In this document: in pieces, positions 9,589 through 19,068 of the stretch | How positions within the stretch are numbered: position 1 is the stretch's first letter | How the letters are laid out: every line of letters begins with the position of its first letter | Assembly: GCA_038144835.1 (NCBI GenBank) | Contig: JAYQON010000004.1 | Span: forward strand, 17 to 64,016 | Direction: 5' to 3' | DNA length: 64,000 bases | DNA from: Bdellovibrionales bacterium | GTDB taxonomy: Bacteria; Bdellovibrionota; Bdellovibrionia; Bdellovibrionales; UBA1609 | Notes under the pieces: model-generated | Seen by the model: only the letters and a program-made list of their open reading frames with translations | What the model was told of the DNA's origin: nothing | Databases searched by the model: none | Program-made: the position numbers and the translations under genes

Positions 9589-9806
9589 GTCCTAACCCTT
9601 TGCTTAAATAAAAATTTTCATAATTATGAAGCTCGCGCAACTTGTGACTGCCAAGAGCTGGCCTATATACTGCCAGGTTCTAAAATAGAACGATGGTGGG
9701 TCAAAATCGAAGAAACTTTGACGCACGCACTCCTCAATTCTCGTCTTGCGCCATGTTTCACTCAGAAATTGCATTTCCCCCTAATAGGATCGACCATAGA
9801 AAAGTG

Positions 9807-10187
9807 ATGCGCATCAAGTACGTGCTTATTTTTTGTACATACACGCTGGGCCTAATGTCATTGAGCTCGACAGCCCCATTCGGCACGGTAACTAGAATTC
9901 AAATCAAACACTATCACGAAGTCTCAGCCCATCATCCTCATGGTCATAAGGAGCACAATCACCACCACCTAGACACGCACTCGGGCGATCAGGCCGAACA
10001 ATCTAAAGACAGTGATGATCACCATTCGCACGAAATTTTTATAGTGGGAAATGTATTCTATCTGACAGTGACTCAAGTTCAAGAGTTACAGGGTTTTGTA
10101 GTCGAGAGCACGTTTCCCAATCCGGGTGAGCAACAGGCTCCCCGTGAGCCGTTTCTCAATTCAATCTTTCGTCCCCCCATAGGCTAG
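9807..10187 (+). CDS. secreted histidine-rich protein (possible metal-binding)
   Basis: Start moved to ATG 9807 (signal MRIKYVLIFCTYTLGLMSLSS). Contains HHPHGHKEHNHHHLDTH and DDHHSHE. Sits directly upstream of the RND pump. Confidence 0.5.
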   Translation: MRIKYVLIFCTYTLGLMSLSSTAPFGTVTRIQIKHYHEVSAHHPHGHKEHNHHHLDTHSGDQAEQSKDSDDHHSHEIFIVGNVFYLTVTQVQELQGFVVESTFPNPGEQQAPREPFLNSIFRPPIG

Positions 10188-10265
10188 CGCCAATTTTCCA
10201 AATTTAAATGTTTGTTGATCTAAGCCACAAGGATTTTGGATGCCTTGAGCATGTTGAGGTTTGCT

Positions 10266-13200
10266 ATGCTTAACAAAGTTATCGAGTATGCACTTCGCCA
10301 TCGTGCGGCTACGCTTGCATTAGCTGTAGCCGTTTGTGGCTATGGAGCTTGGCTTTTTCCGAAGCTCCCGATTGATGTCTTCCCTAATCTTAACCGCCCA
10401 ACGGTAACGGTGCTGACGGAAGCGCACGGACTTGCGCCCGAAGAAGTCGAAACGCTTGTCACTCTGCCGATTGAATCTGTTCTTAACGGCACTCCAGGGG
10501 TTTTGCGGCTCAGGTCAAGCAGCGGAATCGGGATCTCCATCATCTATGTGGAATTCGACTGGGACACGGAGATCTTTCAAAACCGCCAGTTGATCGCTGA
10601 GAGACTTCAACTTTTGGAAGGAAAACTTCCGAAAGGTATGCAACCCGTAATGGGCCCAGTGACCTCGATCATGGGGGAAATTCAGTTTGTAGGGCTGACA
10701 AGTCTGTCCGACGAAGTCTCTCCGATGGACTTAAGAACGCTTGCGGATTGGACGGTTCGCCCGCGGTTAATGACAATTCCGGGAATTAGCCAAGTTGTAG
10801 TTATGGGCGGCGAAGTCAAGCAGTACCAAATCCTTATATCAAGCGAAAATCTCCAAAGAAAGGGAGTGTCTCTTGAGGACCTCAAACTCGCTCTTACAGA
10901 GATAAGCGAAAACACCACGGGTGGTTTTTTAAACTCGGAGAACAAGGAGTTTCTCATTCGGCCTCTCGGGCGTGTGGCGAATATCGAGGACATTGAAAAT
11001 TCACTCGTAGGCATGCACTTTGGGCGGCCTGTGCTGGTCAAAGATGTCGCAGAAGTGCGCGTGGGGGCTAAGACCAAGCGAGGCGAAGGCTCAATCAACG
11101 CGCAACATGCCGTCATAATGACTATTCAAAAGCAACCCTCCGCAAGCACAACACTTCTAACTCAAGCCATAGACCAAGAGCTTGCCGAGTTGGCAAAAAC
11201 TTTGCCGGAAGGGGTGCGGCTTGAGACCAACTTGTTCAAACAATCTCACTTTATTGAAGCTGCAATCGCCAACGTAGAGATCGCACTCCGGGATGGCGTG
11301 ATTATGGTTGCCATTATTCTTTTCTTGTTTCTCTTGAATTTGCGCACGACCACCATCACTCTTGTTGCGATTCCATTGAGCTTGCTAATCACGGCTATTG
11401 TCTTTCATGTCATTGGACTGGGAATCAATACAATGACACTGGGCGGTTTGGCCATCGCCATCGGTGAGTTGGTTGATGATGCGATCGTAGATGTTGAAAA
11501 TGTCTTTAGGCGATTACGCGAGAACCGGATTGCCGGATCACCGAGAGGCAATTTGAGAGTGATCTACGAGGCTTCCAGCGAAGTCAGAAACTCGATAGTC
11601 CTTTCAACCATCATTGTAGTCTTGGCATTTGTTCCGCTCTTTGCTCTTGGCGGAATTGAGGGCAGGCTCTTCGCGCCGCTTGGTATTGCCTACATCGTTT
11701 CAGTTCTTACCTCGTTGCTGGTCTCCCTCACGATCACCCCGGTGCTTTGTTCATATCTTCTGCCAAACTCAAAAGCCGTTCATGAACCAAAAGAAGGTGC
11801 GGCTGTAAGATGGCTGAAACGAATCGGAGAAAGAGCCTTACATTTTACTCTCCCTCGTCCGAAGACGATCTTAATAGGCGCAGCCATGTTACTGGTGCTC
11901 GCAATGGCAAGTCTTGTGTTTCTAGGCCGGAATTTTCTTCCGGAGTTCAATGAAGGCACAGCCACCATTGGTGTTGCCGCAACACCAGGAATTTCTCTTC
12001 CGGCTTCGGATGAATTGGGAATCAAAGTTGAGCAAGCCATTCTATCTGTTCCAGAAGTGAGGTCCACGGTGAGAAGAACTGGTCGCGCCGAAATGGATGA
12101 ACATGCCGAGGGCGTTCATTGGAGCGAAATTGACGTGGACTTTAAACCTGAAGGAAGACCGCGACCCGTTGTTCTCCAAGAAATTCGGGAAAAGATTGAT
12201 TCGGTAGGAGACGTTTATGTCAACCTTGGTCAACCCATCAGTCACCGGCTAGATCATCTTCTCTCAGGTGTCCGGGCGCAGATTGCCGTGAAGGTATTTG
12301 GTCCGGATCTCAATGAATTACGCAGAATTGGCGGAGAAGTTTTTGATGTTCTCAATGGCACTCAAGGCATTGTCGATTTACAAGCTGAGCCTCTCGTTCT
12401 CATTCCACAACTGAAGATTGCGATAGATCGTGACGGCAGCAATCGTTATGGATTGAGGACCGGGACTCTTGCAGAGGACCTCGAGACCGCTCTTAACGGC
12501 ACAGTTGTAACCCACTTGGTGGAGGAGCAAAAAATTCACGAAATCTATTTGCGTCTCGACGATCGCTCAAGAGAGAATCCCAAGCGCATCGGTGAAACGC
12601 TTGTAAAATTACTGCCGACTGGGCAGGAAGTACGATTAGTGGACGTTGCCAACATCTATCCTGGCTCAGGTCCAAACATGATCAAGCGAGAAGATATGCA
12701 GCGAAGAATCGTAATCTCGGCAAACACACAAGGCCGAGATTTGGCCAGTGTCGTTTCGGATATTCAGAAGAGAATTTCGGAAAAGATAGAGATGCCCTCC
12801 GGCTACTTCATAAAACTGGGCGGTCAATTTGAAAGTCAGCAAAAAGCCTCTAGTCAGATTTTGGTTCTGGGCATTCTGTCCATTCTCACCATTTTCGGAA
12901 TTTTATATTTGCATTTCCGATCTGCAGTATTGAGCTTTCAGGTGATGCTGAACGTGCCACTCGCTTTAATCGGAAGTGTTTCTGCCATTTGGCTCACAGA
13001 AAAAACCCTTTCTGTTGCGACACTTGTCGCGTTCATCACCTTATGTGGAATTGCAACTCGAAATGGCATCTTGCTGATTAATCACTATCTGCACCTCATG
13101 AAGGAGGAAGGCGCTAAATTCGACCGGCAGATGGTCATTCGCGGGTCACTGGAAAGACTCTTACCTGTTCTCATGACCGCCTCAACCGCTGGCCTAGCCT

Positions 13201-13403
13201 TGATTCCCCTCTTATTATCCGAAGGGGAGCCGGGAAAGGAAATTTTGTATCCAGTGGCCGTGGTGATTGTGGGTGGTCTGATTTCCTCCACTTTATTAGA
13301 TCTGCTTGTGACTCCAACAGTATTCTTAAATTACGGACGTAGAGCCGCTGAAAAGTACTTGAGAATTCAAAACCACCAACATGAAAAAGGAGAATGGAAA
13401 TGA
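10266..13403 (+). CDS. heavy-metal efflux RND transporter, CusA/CzcA family
   Basis: Start moved to ATG 10266 (MLNKVIEYALRHR...). HME-RND N-terminus DVFPNLNRPTVTVLTEAHGLAPEEVETLVTLPIE, about 1045 aa, 12-TM architecture. Confidence 0.9.
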   Translation: MLNKVIEYALRHRAATLALAVAVCGYGAWLFPKLPIDVFPNLNRPTVTVLTEAHGLAPEEVETLVTLPIESVLNGTPGVLRLRSSSGIGISIIYVEFDWDTEIFQNRQLIAERLQLLEGKLPKGMQPVMGPVTSIMGEIQFVGLTSLSDEVSPMDLRTLADWTVRPRLMTIPGISQVVVMGGEVKQYQILISSENLQRKGVSLEDLKLALTEISENTTGGFLNSENKEFLIRPLGRVANIEDIENSLVGMHFGRPVLVKDVAEVRVGAKTKRGEGSINAQHAVIMTIQKQPSASTTLLTQAIDQELAELAKTLPEGVRLETNLFKQSHFIEAAIANVEIALRDGVIMVAIILFLFLLNLRTTTITLVAIPLSLLITAIVFHVIGLGINTMTLGGLAIAIGELVDDAIVDVENVFRRLRENRIAGSPRGNLRVIYEASSEVRNSIVLSTIIVVLAFVPLFALGGIEGRLFAPLGIAYIVSVLTSLLVSLTITPVLCSYLLPNSKAVHEPKEGAAVRWLKRIGERALHFTLPRPKTILIGAAMLLVLAMASLVFLGRNFLPEFNEGTATIGVAATPGISLPASDELGIKVEQAILSVPEVRSTVRRTGRAEMDEHAEGVHWSEIDVDFKPEGRPRPVVLQEIREKIDSVGDVYVNLGQPISHRLDHLLSGVRAQIAVKVFGPDLNELRRIGGEVFDVLNGTQGIVDLQAEPLVLIPQLKIAIDRDGSNRYGLRTGTLAEDLETALNGTVVTHLVEEQKIHEIYLRLDDRSRENPKRIGETLVKLLPTGQEVRLVDVANIYPGSGPNMIKREDMQRRIVISANTQGRDLASVVSDIQKRISEKIEMPSGYFIKLGGQFESQQKASSQILVLGILSILTIFGILYLHFRSAVLSFQVMLNVPLALIGSVSAIWLTEKTLSVATLVAFITLCGIATRNGILLINHYLHLMKEEGAKFDRQMVIRGSLERLLPVLMTASTAGLALIPLLLSEGEPGKEILYPVAVVIVGGLISSTLLDLLVTPTVFLNYGRRAAEKYLRIQNHQHEKGEWK

Positions 13404-13849
13404 AACAGCTTGTTTTAGGCATAATTGTTTTCGGGTTTGTGGTCCAAGCCAGCGCTCACGATGGAGGACATGGACCGAAGCTTTCGGACACGGGAAAGTA
13501 TGGCGGACTCGTCTCGTCCGCAGTCAAAAAGGCTGAAGCCAGTAAGGGAGCAAAGGCCGAGCTCATTCACAAGGCAGAATTAACCCGATCGACAGACGGT
13601 ACGTTACGAGTCTACTTGTACGATAAGGAAATGAAGCCACTTGATCTGAAGGATTTCGAAGCAAAGGGCTCGGCCATTCTAGCAGCGAAAGTTAAGGGCA
13701 AATGGAAAAGCTGGGAATTTCTATTAGAGCGTAAAGAAAATTATTTCGTAGGCAAAATGCCGAGGCCCGAGGCTAAACCCTACAATATCGACGTGACTTT
13801 AAAAGAATCGGGTACGGAACTTTTGAGCGCTTTTGATAACCTTGATTAA
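13400..13849 (+). CDS. small periplasmic protein of unknown function (HDGGHG N-terminus)
   Basis: ATGA overlap with the RND gene stop (13400-13403). Signal MKQLVLGIIVFGFVVQASA, then the mature N-terminus HDGGHGP. Confidence 0.6.
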   Translation: MKQLVLGIIVFGFVVQASAHDGGHGPKLSDTGKYGGLVSSAVKKAEASKGAKAELIHKAELTRSTDGTLRVYLYDKEMKPLDLKDFEAKGSAILAAKVKGKWKSWEFLLERKENYFVGKMPRPEAKPYNIDVTLKESGTELLSAFDNLD

Positions 13850-13861
13850 GGAGAAAAAGAC

Positions 13862-15127
13862 ATGTCCATTTGGACAGTTCTAATAACAATATTTACACCT
13901 CTCGTGTATGCACAAACTATGGCGGCGGAGGTCATCAAATTTGATGACCTTCCAAAACTCGTCAGGGAGCGAAACGAGAATGTGAACGCAGCGAAAAAAG
14001 TCCACTTGGCCGAAAAAGAAAGGATCGGATATCTGACTCGCTCCTTTCTTCCGCAAATTTCAGCCCGAGCCGGTAACGAAAGCTTCAAAACCGGATCTGT
14101 AGGCCAGAGTTCACAGGACTTCTGGACGTTGGAAGGCAAAGTCAATCTCTACCGTGGAGGAAGGGATCAGTTGGAGGCTAAGGTTCGAGAAGCGAATGAA
14201 CACATTTCGGAGGCTCAGTATTCAGGGGAATTTGTCAGTGAACTCAGAGAGGCAAGGAAAACCTACTGGAAGCTCGTAGCCGTCGGAGCATTGATTAAGG
14301 ATCAGCAGGAAGCTGTAGAGAAAAACGAGCTACATATTAAATCTTCACTGCGAAGATCGGGTGCTGGGGTTGCAACAAACGCCGATACGATACAATTTGA
14401 GCTCCATAAGACCCTTTTGCAACAAAGCTTAAAGAGGCTAAAGCTGAAGCAAAACTTTCTTAAGAATAAGCTTTCCGTCTCGATTGGCCGGGAGGAGCAT
14501 GAAAATATACAAGTTGCTGATGATTTCCCTCAGCTGCCAGACAATAAGGAGACTTTTCCGAATTTGAAACGCAATGAGAACATTGAACTAAATATTGCCT
14601 CTGAGCGTGAGGCGCGGGCAACGGCAAAGTCTAGGCAGCATAGCCGATGGTGGGTACCTCAAATTGATCTTTATACGTCCTATGGAATCCCCTCATTGAG
14701 TGAAGAATACGACCGAGCTCTACGCAATGAACGAGAGTGGACGGTCGGCGTACAAATCGGCGTGGATTTGGGCGAGGCCTTTGAATCAAAAAGAGAAGCT
14801 AAAGCAAAATTACTTGAAGCGCAGGCCGAACAGGCCAAAGCCAATCATCGCAAGCGGGAAGTTGTAGCCGCAGACCATGAACTCAGACACGATCTGAATC
14901 TTCTCCACGAGCTGATTCAAGATGCTGACCGTGATAGAGCGAAGGCAGAAAGCTTCCTAAAACTCACGAATTCGGAATATGCTCGTGGCGTGAAAAACAG
15001 CCCAGATTTGCTGCAGGCGTTCCAAAGCTATTTTGAGTTCCGAGCGCGCAGGACTTTGCTATACCAGGAATATCACGAAACGCGGGCAGACCTTTTGGCA
15101 CTCCTCGCAAAGCACGATGAGCCGTAG
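13862..15127 (+). CDS. TolC-family outer-membrane efflux protein
   Basis: Signal peptide, two OEP-type repeats, coiled-coil-rich, about 420 aa. Positioned as the outer-membrane factor of the RND cluster. Confidence 0.8.
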   Translation: MSIWTVLITIFTPLVYAQTMAAEVIKFDDLPKLVRERNENVNAAKKVHLAEKERIGYLTRSFLPQISARAGNESFKTGSVGQSSQDFWTLEGKVNLYRGGRDQLEAKVREANEHISEAQYSGEFVSELREARKTYWKLVAVGALIKDQQEAVEKNELHIKSSLRRSGAGVATNADTIQFELHKTLLQQSLKRLKLKQNFLKNKLSVSIGREEHENIQVADDFPQLPDNKETFPNLKRNENIELNIASEREARATAKSRQHSRWWVPQIDLYTSYGIPSLSEEYDRALRNEREWTVGVQIGVDLGEAFESKREAKAKLLEAQAEQAKANHRKREVVAADHELRHDLNLLHELIQDADRDRAKAESFLKLTNSEYARGVKNSPDLLQAFQSYFEFRARRTLLYQEYHETRADLLALLAKHDEP

Positions 15128-15448
15128 AGCCGAGTAGAAGCGTAGAACCAGGTGGTTCCAGGACCAATTGCCGGACCTGTTGAAATATCTTCTAAGGTTT
15201 GAATGACTTTAGAGAATTCAGCAACAGAGAGGCCCAAAGAGAATCTGAAATTGGCGGCCCGTTCAGGTCCGAACCAGAACCAAGACACTGTTAATACAAC
15301 ATATTGAGACTATTGAATTTTTTGGACAGAATCCACTGAAAAATACCGCTCTGCCGACCCAAAAATACATCGAAAACGGCTTGTCCAACACCCAGATTGA
15401 TTTCAAAAAACCTTTTCTATGTTTATCGGAGTCACTTATTTGGAGAAA

Positions 15449-15525
15449 TGGCGGGGTGGACGGGACTCGAACCCGCGGCCTTCCGCGTGACAGGCGGACG
15501 TTATAACCAACTTAACTACCACCCC
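15449..15525 (-). tRNA. tRNA-Asp (anticodon GTC)
   Basis: The reverse complement GGGGTGGTAGTTAAGTTGGTTATAACGTCCGCCTGTCACGCGGAAGGCCGCGGGTTCGAGTCCCGTCCACCCCGCCA folds as a cloverleaf. It has a 7-bp acceptor stem, anticodon loop CTGTCAC, T-loop GGTTCGAGTCC and an encoded CCA. Confidence 0.9.
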
Positions 15526-15630
15526 TCGCCAAGAGAGCACAATCTATTGAAATCAGAGGCCAGAATCAACCCTTCTTTTTTATTGCGCTCATACTTTTGC
15601 AGTGCACTGATTGTGATTTTTACTACTTAA

Positions 15631-16305
15631 CTAAAAATGGGCTTCGCCTTCAGCCAGATTTGCCTGCTGGCGACGCTCAATATTAGCCCAAATTTTTTGG
15701 CTGACCGGCCCTGGTAACCAGTCTGGGATCTGGATCGCGGCCCTCGGGTCTAAAGCCGACCAATGATAAAGCACCTCCGCCTTAGCACCTGCCAACTGGG
15801 TCCTAACCTCTTCGGATAAAGCAGGGTCTTCCACCTGCGCATCCAGAACCACGGTCTTTAAGACTTCTCTGGCAGATTCAGCATCCCCTTCTTCCAAAGC
15901 TGCTAACAGAAGATCTACTGCGAGTTCTTGCTCCAACACCAGGCTCGCGGATGTGGCCGGTACTAACAACCGGTCTCCCAATGCCCTGATCAATAAAATG
16001 TGGCTCAATAGAGCCTTACGGACTTCTTTTTCTTCGCTGCTCAAAAAAACCTTACCTTGCAGATCCTGAAAAGTGGCAAGCTCACGCTGGTATTTAAAAG
16101 GCTCGACAGGTACTGGAGCAACCATTAAGCCCGACTCTGCCTTTTTGGGTGGAGACTCGCCTGGATCAGGCAAAGGGGTAGATTGTAATGGCGACACGTG
16201 ATCCACGGACAATTGTTGAGACGGCCCGTTCAAGTGGAGCCTCCCCTCAGAGATGATCCAAAAGCCGAGCACTAAGCTCACGGGGATAAAAGCTCTCCTG
16301 ATCAT
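15631..16305 (-). CDS. hypothetical membrane-anchored/secreted protein
   Basis: N-terminal hydrophobic segment. ATGA overlap (16302-16305) with the upstream PKD/Hint gene, so probably co-transcribed. Confidence 0.5.
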   Translation of the reverse strand: MIRRAFIPVSLVLGFWIISEGRLHLNGPSQQLSVDHVSPLQSTPLPDPGESPPKKAESGLMVAPVPVEPFKYQRELATFQDLQGKVFLSSEEKEVRKALLSHILLIRALGDRLLVPATSASLVLEQELAVDLLLAALEEGDAESAREVLKTVVLDAQVEDPALSEEVRTQLAGAKAEVLYHWSALDPRAAIQIPDWLPGPVSQKIWANIERRQQANLAEGEAHF

Positions 16306-18896
16306 TTTACAAATACCCCACGCAGAAACTCACCGCGCAATATCTGCCGATTTAGATACTTTACGCCTTCGGCTTGGAAGAAGCCTGATCCATTAAGGTA
16401 GCCATTAGTGATGATCACATTTTTAGACGGCTCCGACGAGTGGACAAAGACATTATAGACTTTGCCTTGGTAAGAGACTCTCCTAATGGCCACGATGGGA
16501 TCTAATGCACCCCCCTGCCGAACCAAACTGTCTCCAACTTTAAAATCACCGGAACGACGCATGCGTCCCTCAGGAGAAAGTAAGGGATGCCCCTCGGTAA
16601 CTCTTAACTGTCCACCTGACTGCATCGTCAGTTCGATGATCTCATGAATAGAATCAGCGCTTTCAGCCACCCATCGATCCACTCGAGTCCTTTGAACAAG
16701 CTTGCTACTCATGGACTTCTGTCCGCCCAAGGTGGCCACAAACTGAAACTGATCAGCCCATGCATCGACAATCGGTACGTACTGTAAGCGACCACCCTTC
16801 ACCCTTTGTCCTAAAACCGTTTGTTCAGCTGTCGCGCAATCGGCGTTGCAGATAGCAGCTATAGAAACCGTCGCCGGCACTCGACAAGATGAGTTGGCCC
16901 ACCGAGGCGCATGCCAAACTTTTTCTCTTCCACCTTTGCGTTCGATGAATGTCGCATAAATAGGATCACCCTTGTATTTCATGACGGCGGACTCACCTTC
17001 ACCCCGAATGTAGTCGGCAAATTCTTTAAGAAATTCGTCAATGACTGGGACTCGATTACGGCAATTCAACATCCAACGCAGTCGTCCATAAGCCTCCTGT
17101 TCATCCAAAGGGTCCTGCGAACATCGGTGAGGCACGTAATCGCGACACAATCTCTCCTCCACCCACGGACCTTCACTCACGGTAGTGCTTTCAAGATCAA
17201 CCACATGATTCACACAAGCGTATATTTTGGTTGTAGTCACCTCTCGTTGGCTAATCACAGTGCCGATCTGGTTGGCAGGACAGGTTTGTGATCGACCAGA
17301 AGATTCTAAAATCGTAGAGGCCTCTGTGCGGCGCACTGCTTCGGGATTGCCGTCACACACTCTGGTGACTATCGGTGCTGGGGCGCCACAGCGTTCATCT
17401 GCAAAACGACGTCCCTGTTGGTCGCGACATGCAAAAATTTGCGCCTGTTCACCACCACAGTCTGCGGTGCATGCCGAATACTCATCGGTTGCGAACCAAG
17501 TATAAGAAGGGCACACGCCTTGCGTTTTCATATCGCCTCGACGAGTGTTCGAACTCACCCCAGAGCCATTTGTGCAGGTCAGATCAGAAATTTGATTAAA
17601 GATATCAAAAATATCAGTTTCAAGAAACTGACAGGTCCGCGGCACCGATTCTTCCCCACTGACCACTGTGATCGTTGCGCCATCGGGCCCAATGCCTGGA
17701 CAGCCATTCCGACACCCCAAATACTGATGCTGCTGGCTTCCTCCCAAAACACCATTGGTGCATGAACGTGTCTCAGCTACTTCCGTACACGCTCCCCTAG
17801 GGTGCGTTTCTGAATAAAAGACTCTCGCTTCTCCGTCGGGTAAATAGTATCTACCATTGATAAACAATAATCCGGCCGCCGTTATATCAACGCCATTTAA
17901 TGCTTGTGGAGAAATCTCACAAGCGACGCCCGTGCATTCTCCTTCGTTAGTCAATTCACGAGTTCTTGACACTTCTACCCACCGCAAAGGTCCATCCTCA
18001 CCACCAGTGCGCAAACACTCCTCAGTGATTAGATCTCTATAAGTTAAAGTCTGGCGACCATTAACTCCGCACGCACGCTCTTGCGTGTAAGGCTCTCCAG
18101 AAAGCTGTCGAGAGTCCCCAGCCGGGCAAGCCAGTGGATCAGAGGGTACAGGGGCGGGAGGCTCAGGGGCCGGCTCTTGCGGTAAATTCGGGTCGGCAAC
18201 GACAAGCATATTTTGTGTGATGGTAAGAAATGGACTTGAGGCATTGGCATCAAATAGATCTACGTTCACGACGTACTGCCCAACATTGAGATAAGCGTGA
18301 GTCACGAGCGGATTACCGACTTTCGGAGTCGCGTCTCCGAAATCCCAACTGATTGAACGCAATCGCCAGGCCAAACATTGAGGAACATTCAGGGACAATT
18401 CAAAGACCAGGCCTTGAGTAACCAACCTAGGTCCAGAAATCGCTAAATCACGCACGCATTCCATGCCATCAACGTAGGGCAATACTCTGATCTCGTGATT
18501 GATTTGGGTTTTATCGCCATTTTTGAAATTGACCGTTGCCGTTACCGTGTAAATCCCTGGAGCCGTGTAGGTGTGATCAATTTGGTTGTAACTGATCGCG
18601 CTAGGGGATCCGTCACCCATATTCCAGCGTGTATTAATGACTTCATTATCGGGAGTGAGAGTAATCTCAAAGTGATGCTCTAAATCAACCATGCCCAAGA
18701 CCGGACCGTTGATCCTTTGCTGATCGGCCGTTAGGCTTTTGAGAGAAATATTTTTCAGATTTTCTACCGAATTGAGTTTTGAGACATGTGTTAGTGATGC
18801 CGGCACATTTTTACTCGGATTCATAGATCCCGATGGCTGGGAACATGCGCTTAACAACACGGCCTTGGCTACAAAGATCACGACGAGTCTCTTCAT
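16302..18896 (-). CDS. lipoprotein with two PKD domains, a cysteine-rich region containing a TSP1 (ADAMTS-type)-like repeat, and a C-terminal Hint (intein-like) domain
   Basis: Lipobox LLSAC. PKD motifs are WNMGDGS...HTYTAPGIYTVT and WDFGDAT...HAYLNVGQYVV. The TSP1-like segment is YTWFATDEYSACTADCGGEQAQIFACRDQQGRRFADERCGAPAPIVTRVC. The Hint domain has C687, TEGHP, VYNVFV and NVIITNGYLN. Confidence 0.75.
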   Translation of the reverse strand: MKRLVVIFVAKAVLLSACSQPSGSMNPSKNVPASLTHVSKLNSVENLKNISLKSLTADQQRINGPVLGMVDLEHHFEITLTPDNEVINTRWNMGDGSPSAISYNQIDHTYTAPGIYTVTATVNFKNGDKTQINHEIRVLPYVDGMECVRDLAISGPRLVTQGLVFELSLNVPQCLAWRLRSISWDFGDATPKVGNPLVTHAYLNVGQYVVNVDLFDANASSPFLTITQNMLVVADPNLPQEPAPEPPAPVPSDPLACPAGDSRQLSGEPYTQERACGVNGRQTLTYRDLITEECLRTGGEDGPLRWVEVSRTRELTNEGECTGVACEISPQALNGVDITAAGLLFINGRYYLPDGEARVFYSETHPRGACTEVAETRSCTNGVLGGSQQHQYLGCRNGCPGIGPDGATITVVSGEESVPRTCQFLETDIFDIFNQISDLTCTNGSGVSSNTRRGDMKTQGVCPSYTWFATDEYSACTADCGGEQAQIFACRDQQGRRFADERCGAPAPIVTRVCDGNPEAVRRTEASTILESSGRSQTCPANQIGTVISQREVTTTKIYACVNHVVDLESTTVSEGPWVEERLCRDYVPHRCSQDPLDEQEAYGRLRWMLNCRNRVPVIDEFLKEFADYIRGEGESAVMKYKGDPIYATFIERKGGREKVWHAPRWANSSCRVPATVSIAAICNADCATAEQTVLGQRVKGGRLQYVPIVDAWADQFQFVATLGGQKSMSSKLVQRTRVDRWVAESADSIHEIIELTMQSGGQLRVTEGHPLLSPEGRMRRSGDFKVGDSLVRQGGALDPIVAIRRVSYQGKVYNVFVHSSEPSKNVIITNGYLNGSGFFQAEGVKYLNRQILRGEFLRGVFVK

Positions 18897-19068
18897 AGAT
18901 CTTTCTCCTTGATGGAGACTATCGTCGCAGACCCAAGCAATCTTTAAAAGAATTGCAATGGTCTAGGATCATACCAAGATTGTCGGTGAACAAGTGTTTG
19001 ACGCTTTTTTTAAAAAATAAAATTTACGAAAAAAATTGTCGAACCTTGCGACGCCAGTCCAGACCAAC

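Noticed and set aside
10340-13422. Multiple minus-strand track ORFs inside the RND pump gene (e.g. 10682..11116, 11780..12067, 13171..13422)
   Set aside because: These are shadow ORFs opposite a clearly real 1045-aa CusA/CzcA gene. The same reasoning applies to the antisense ORFs inside ALDH (24610..25032), ahcY (28637..29098), the PKD/Hint gene (16911..17765), fumC, ettA and others.
9600-15525. Genomic island integrated at the 3' end of tRNA-Asp (metal-efflux cluster adjacent)
   Set aside because: No integrase, recombinase or transposase ORF lies anywhere nearby. I could not spot a direct repeat of the tRNA 3' end. Adjacency alone is insufficient.
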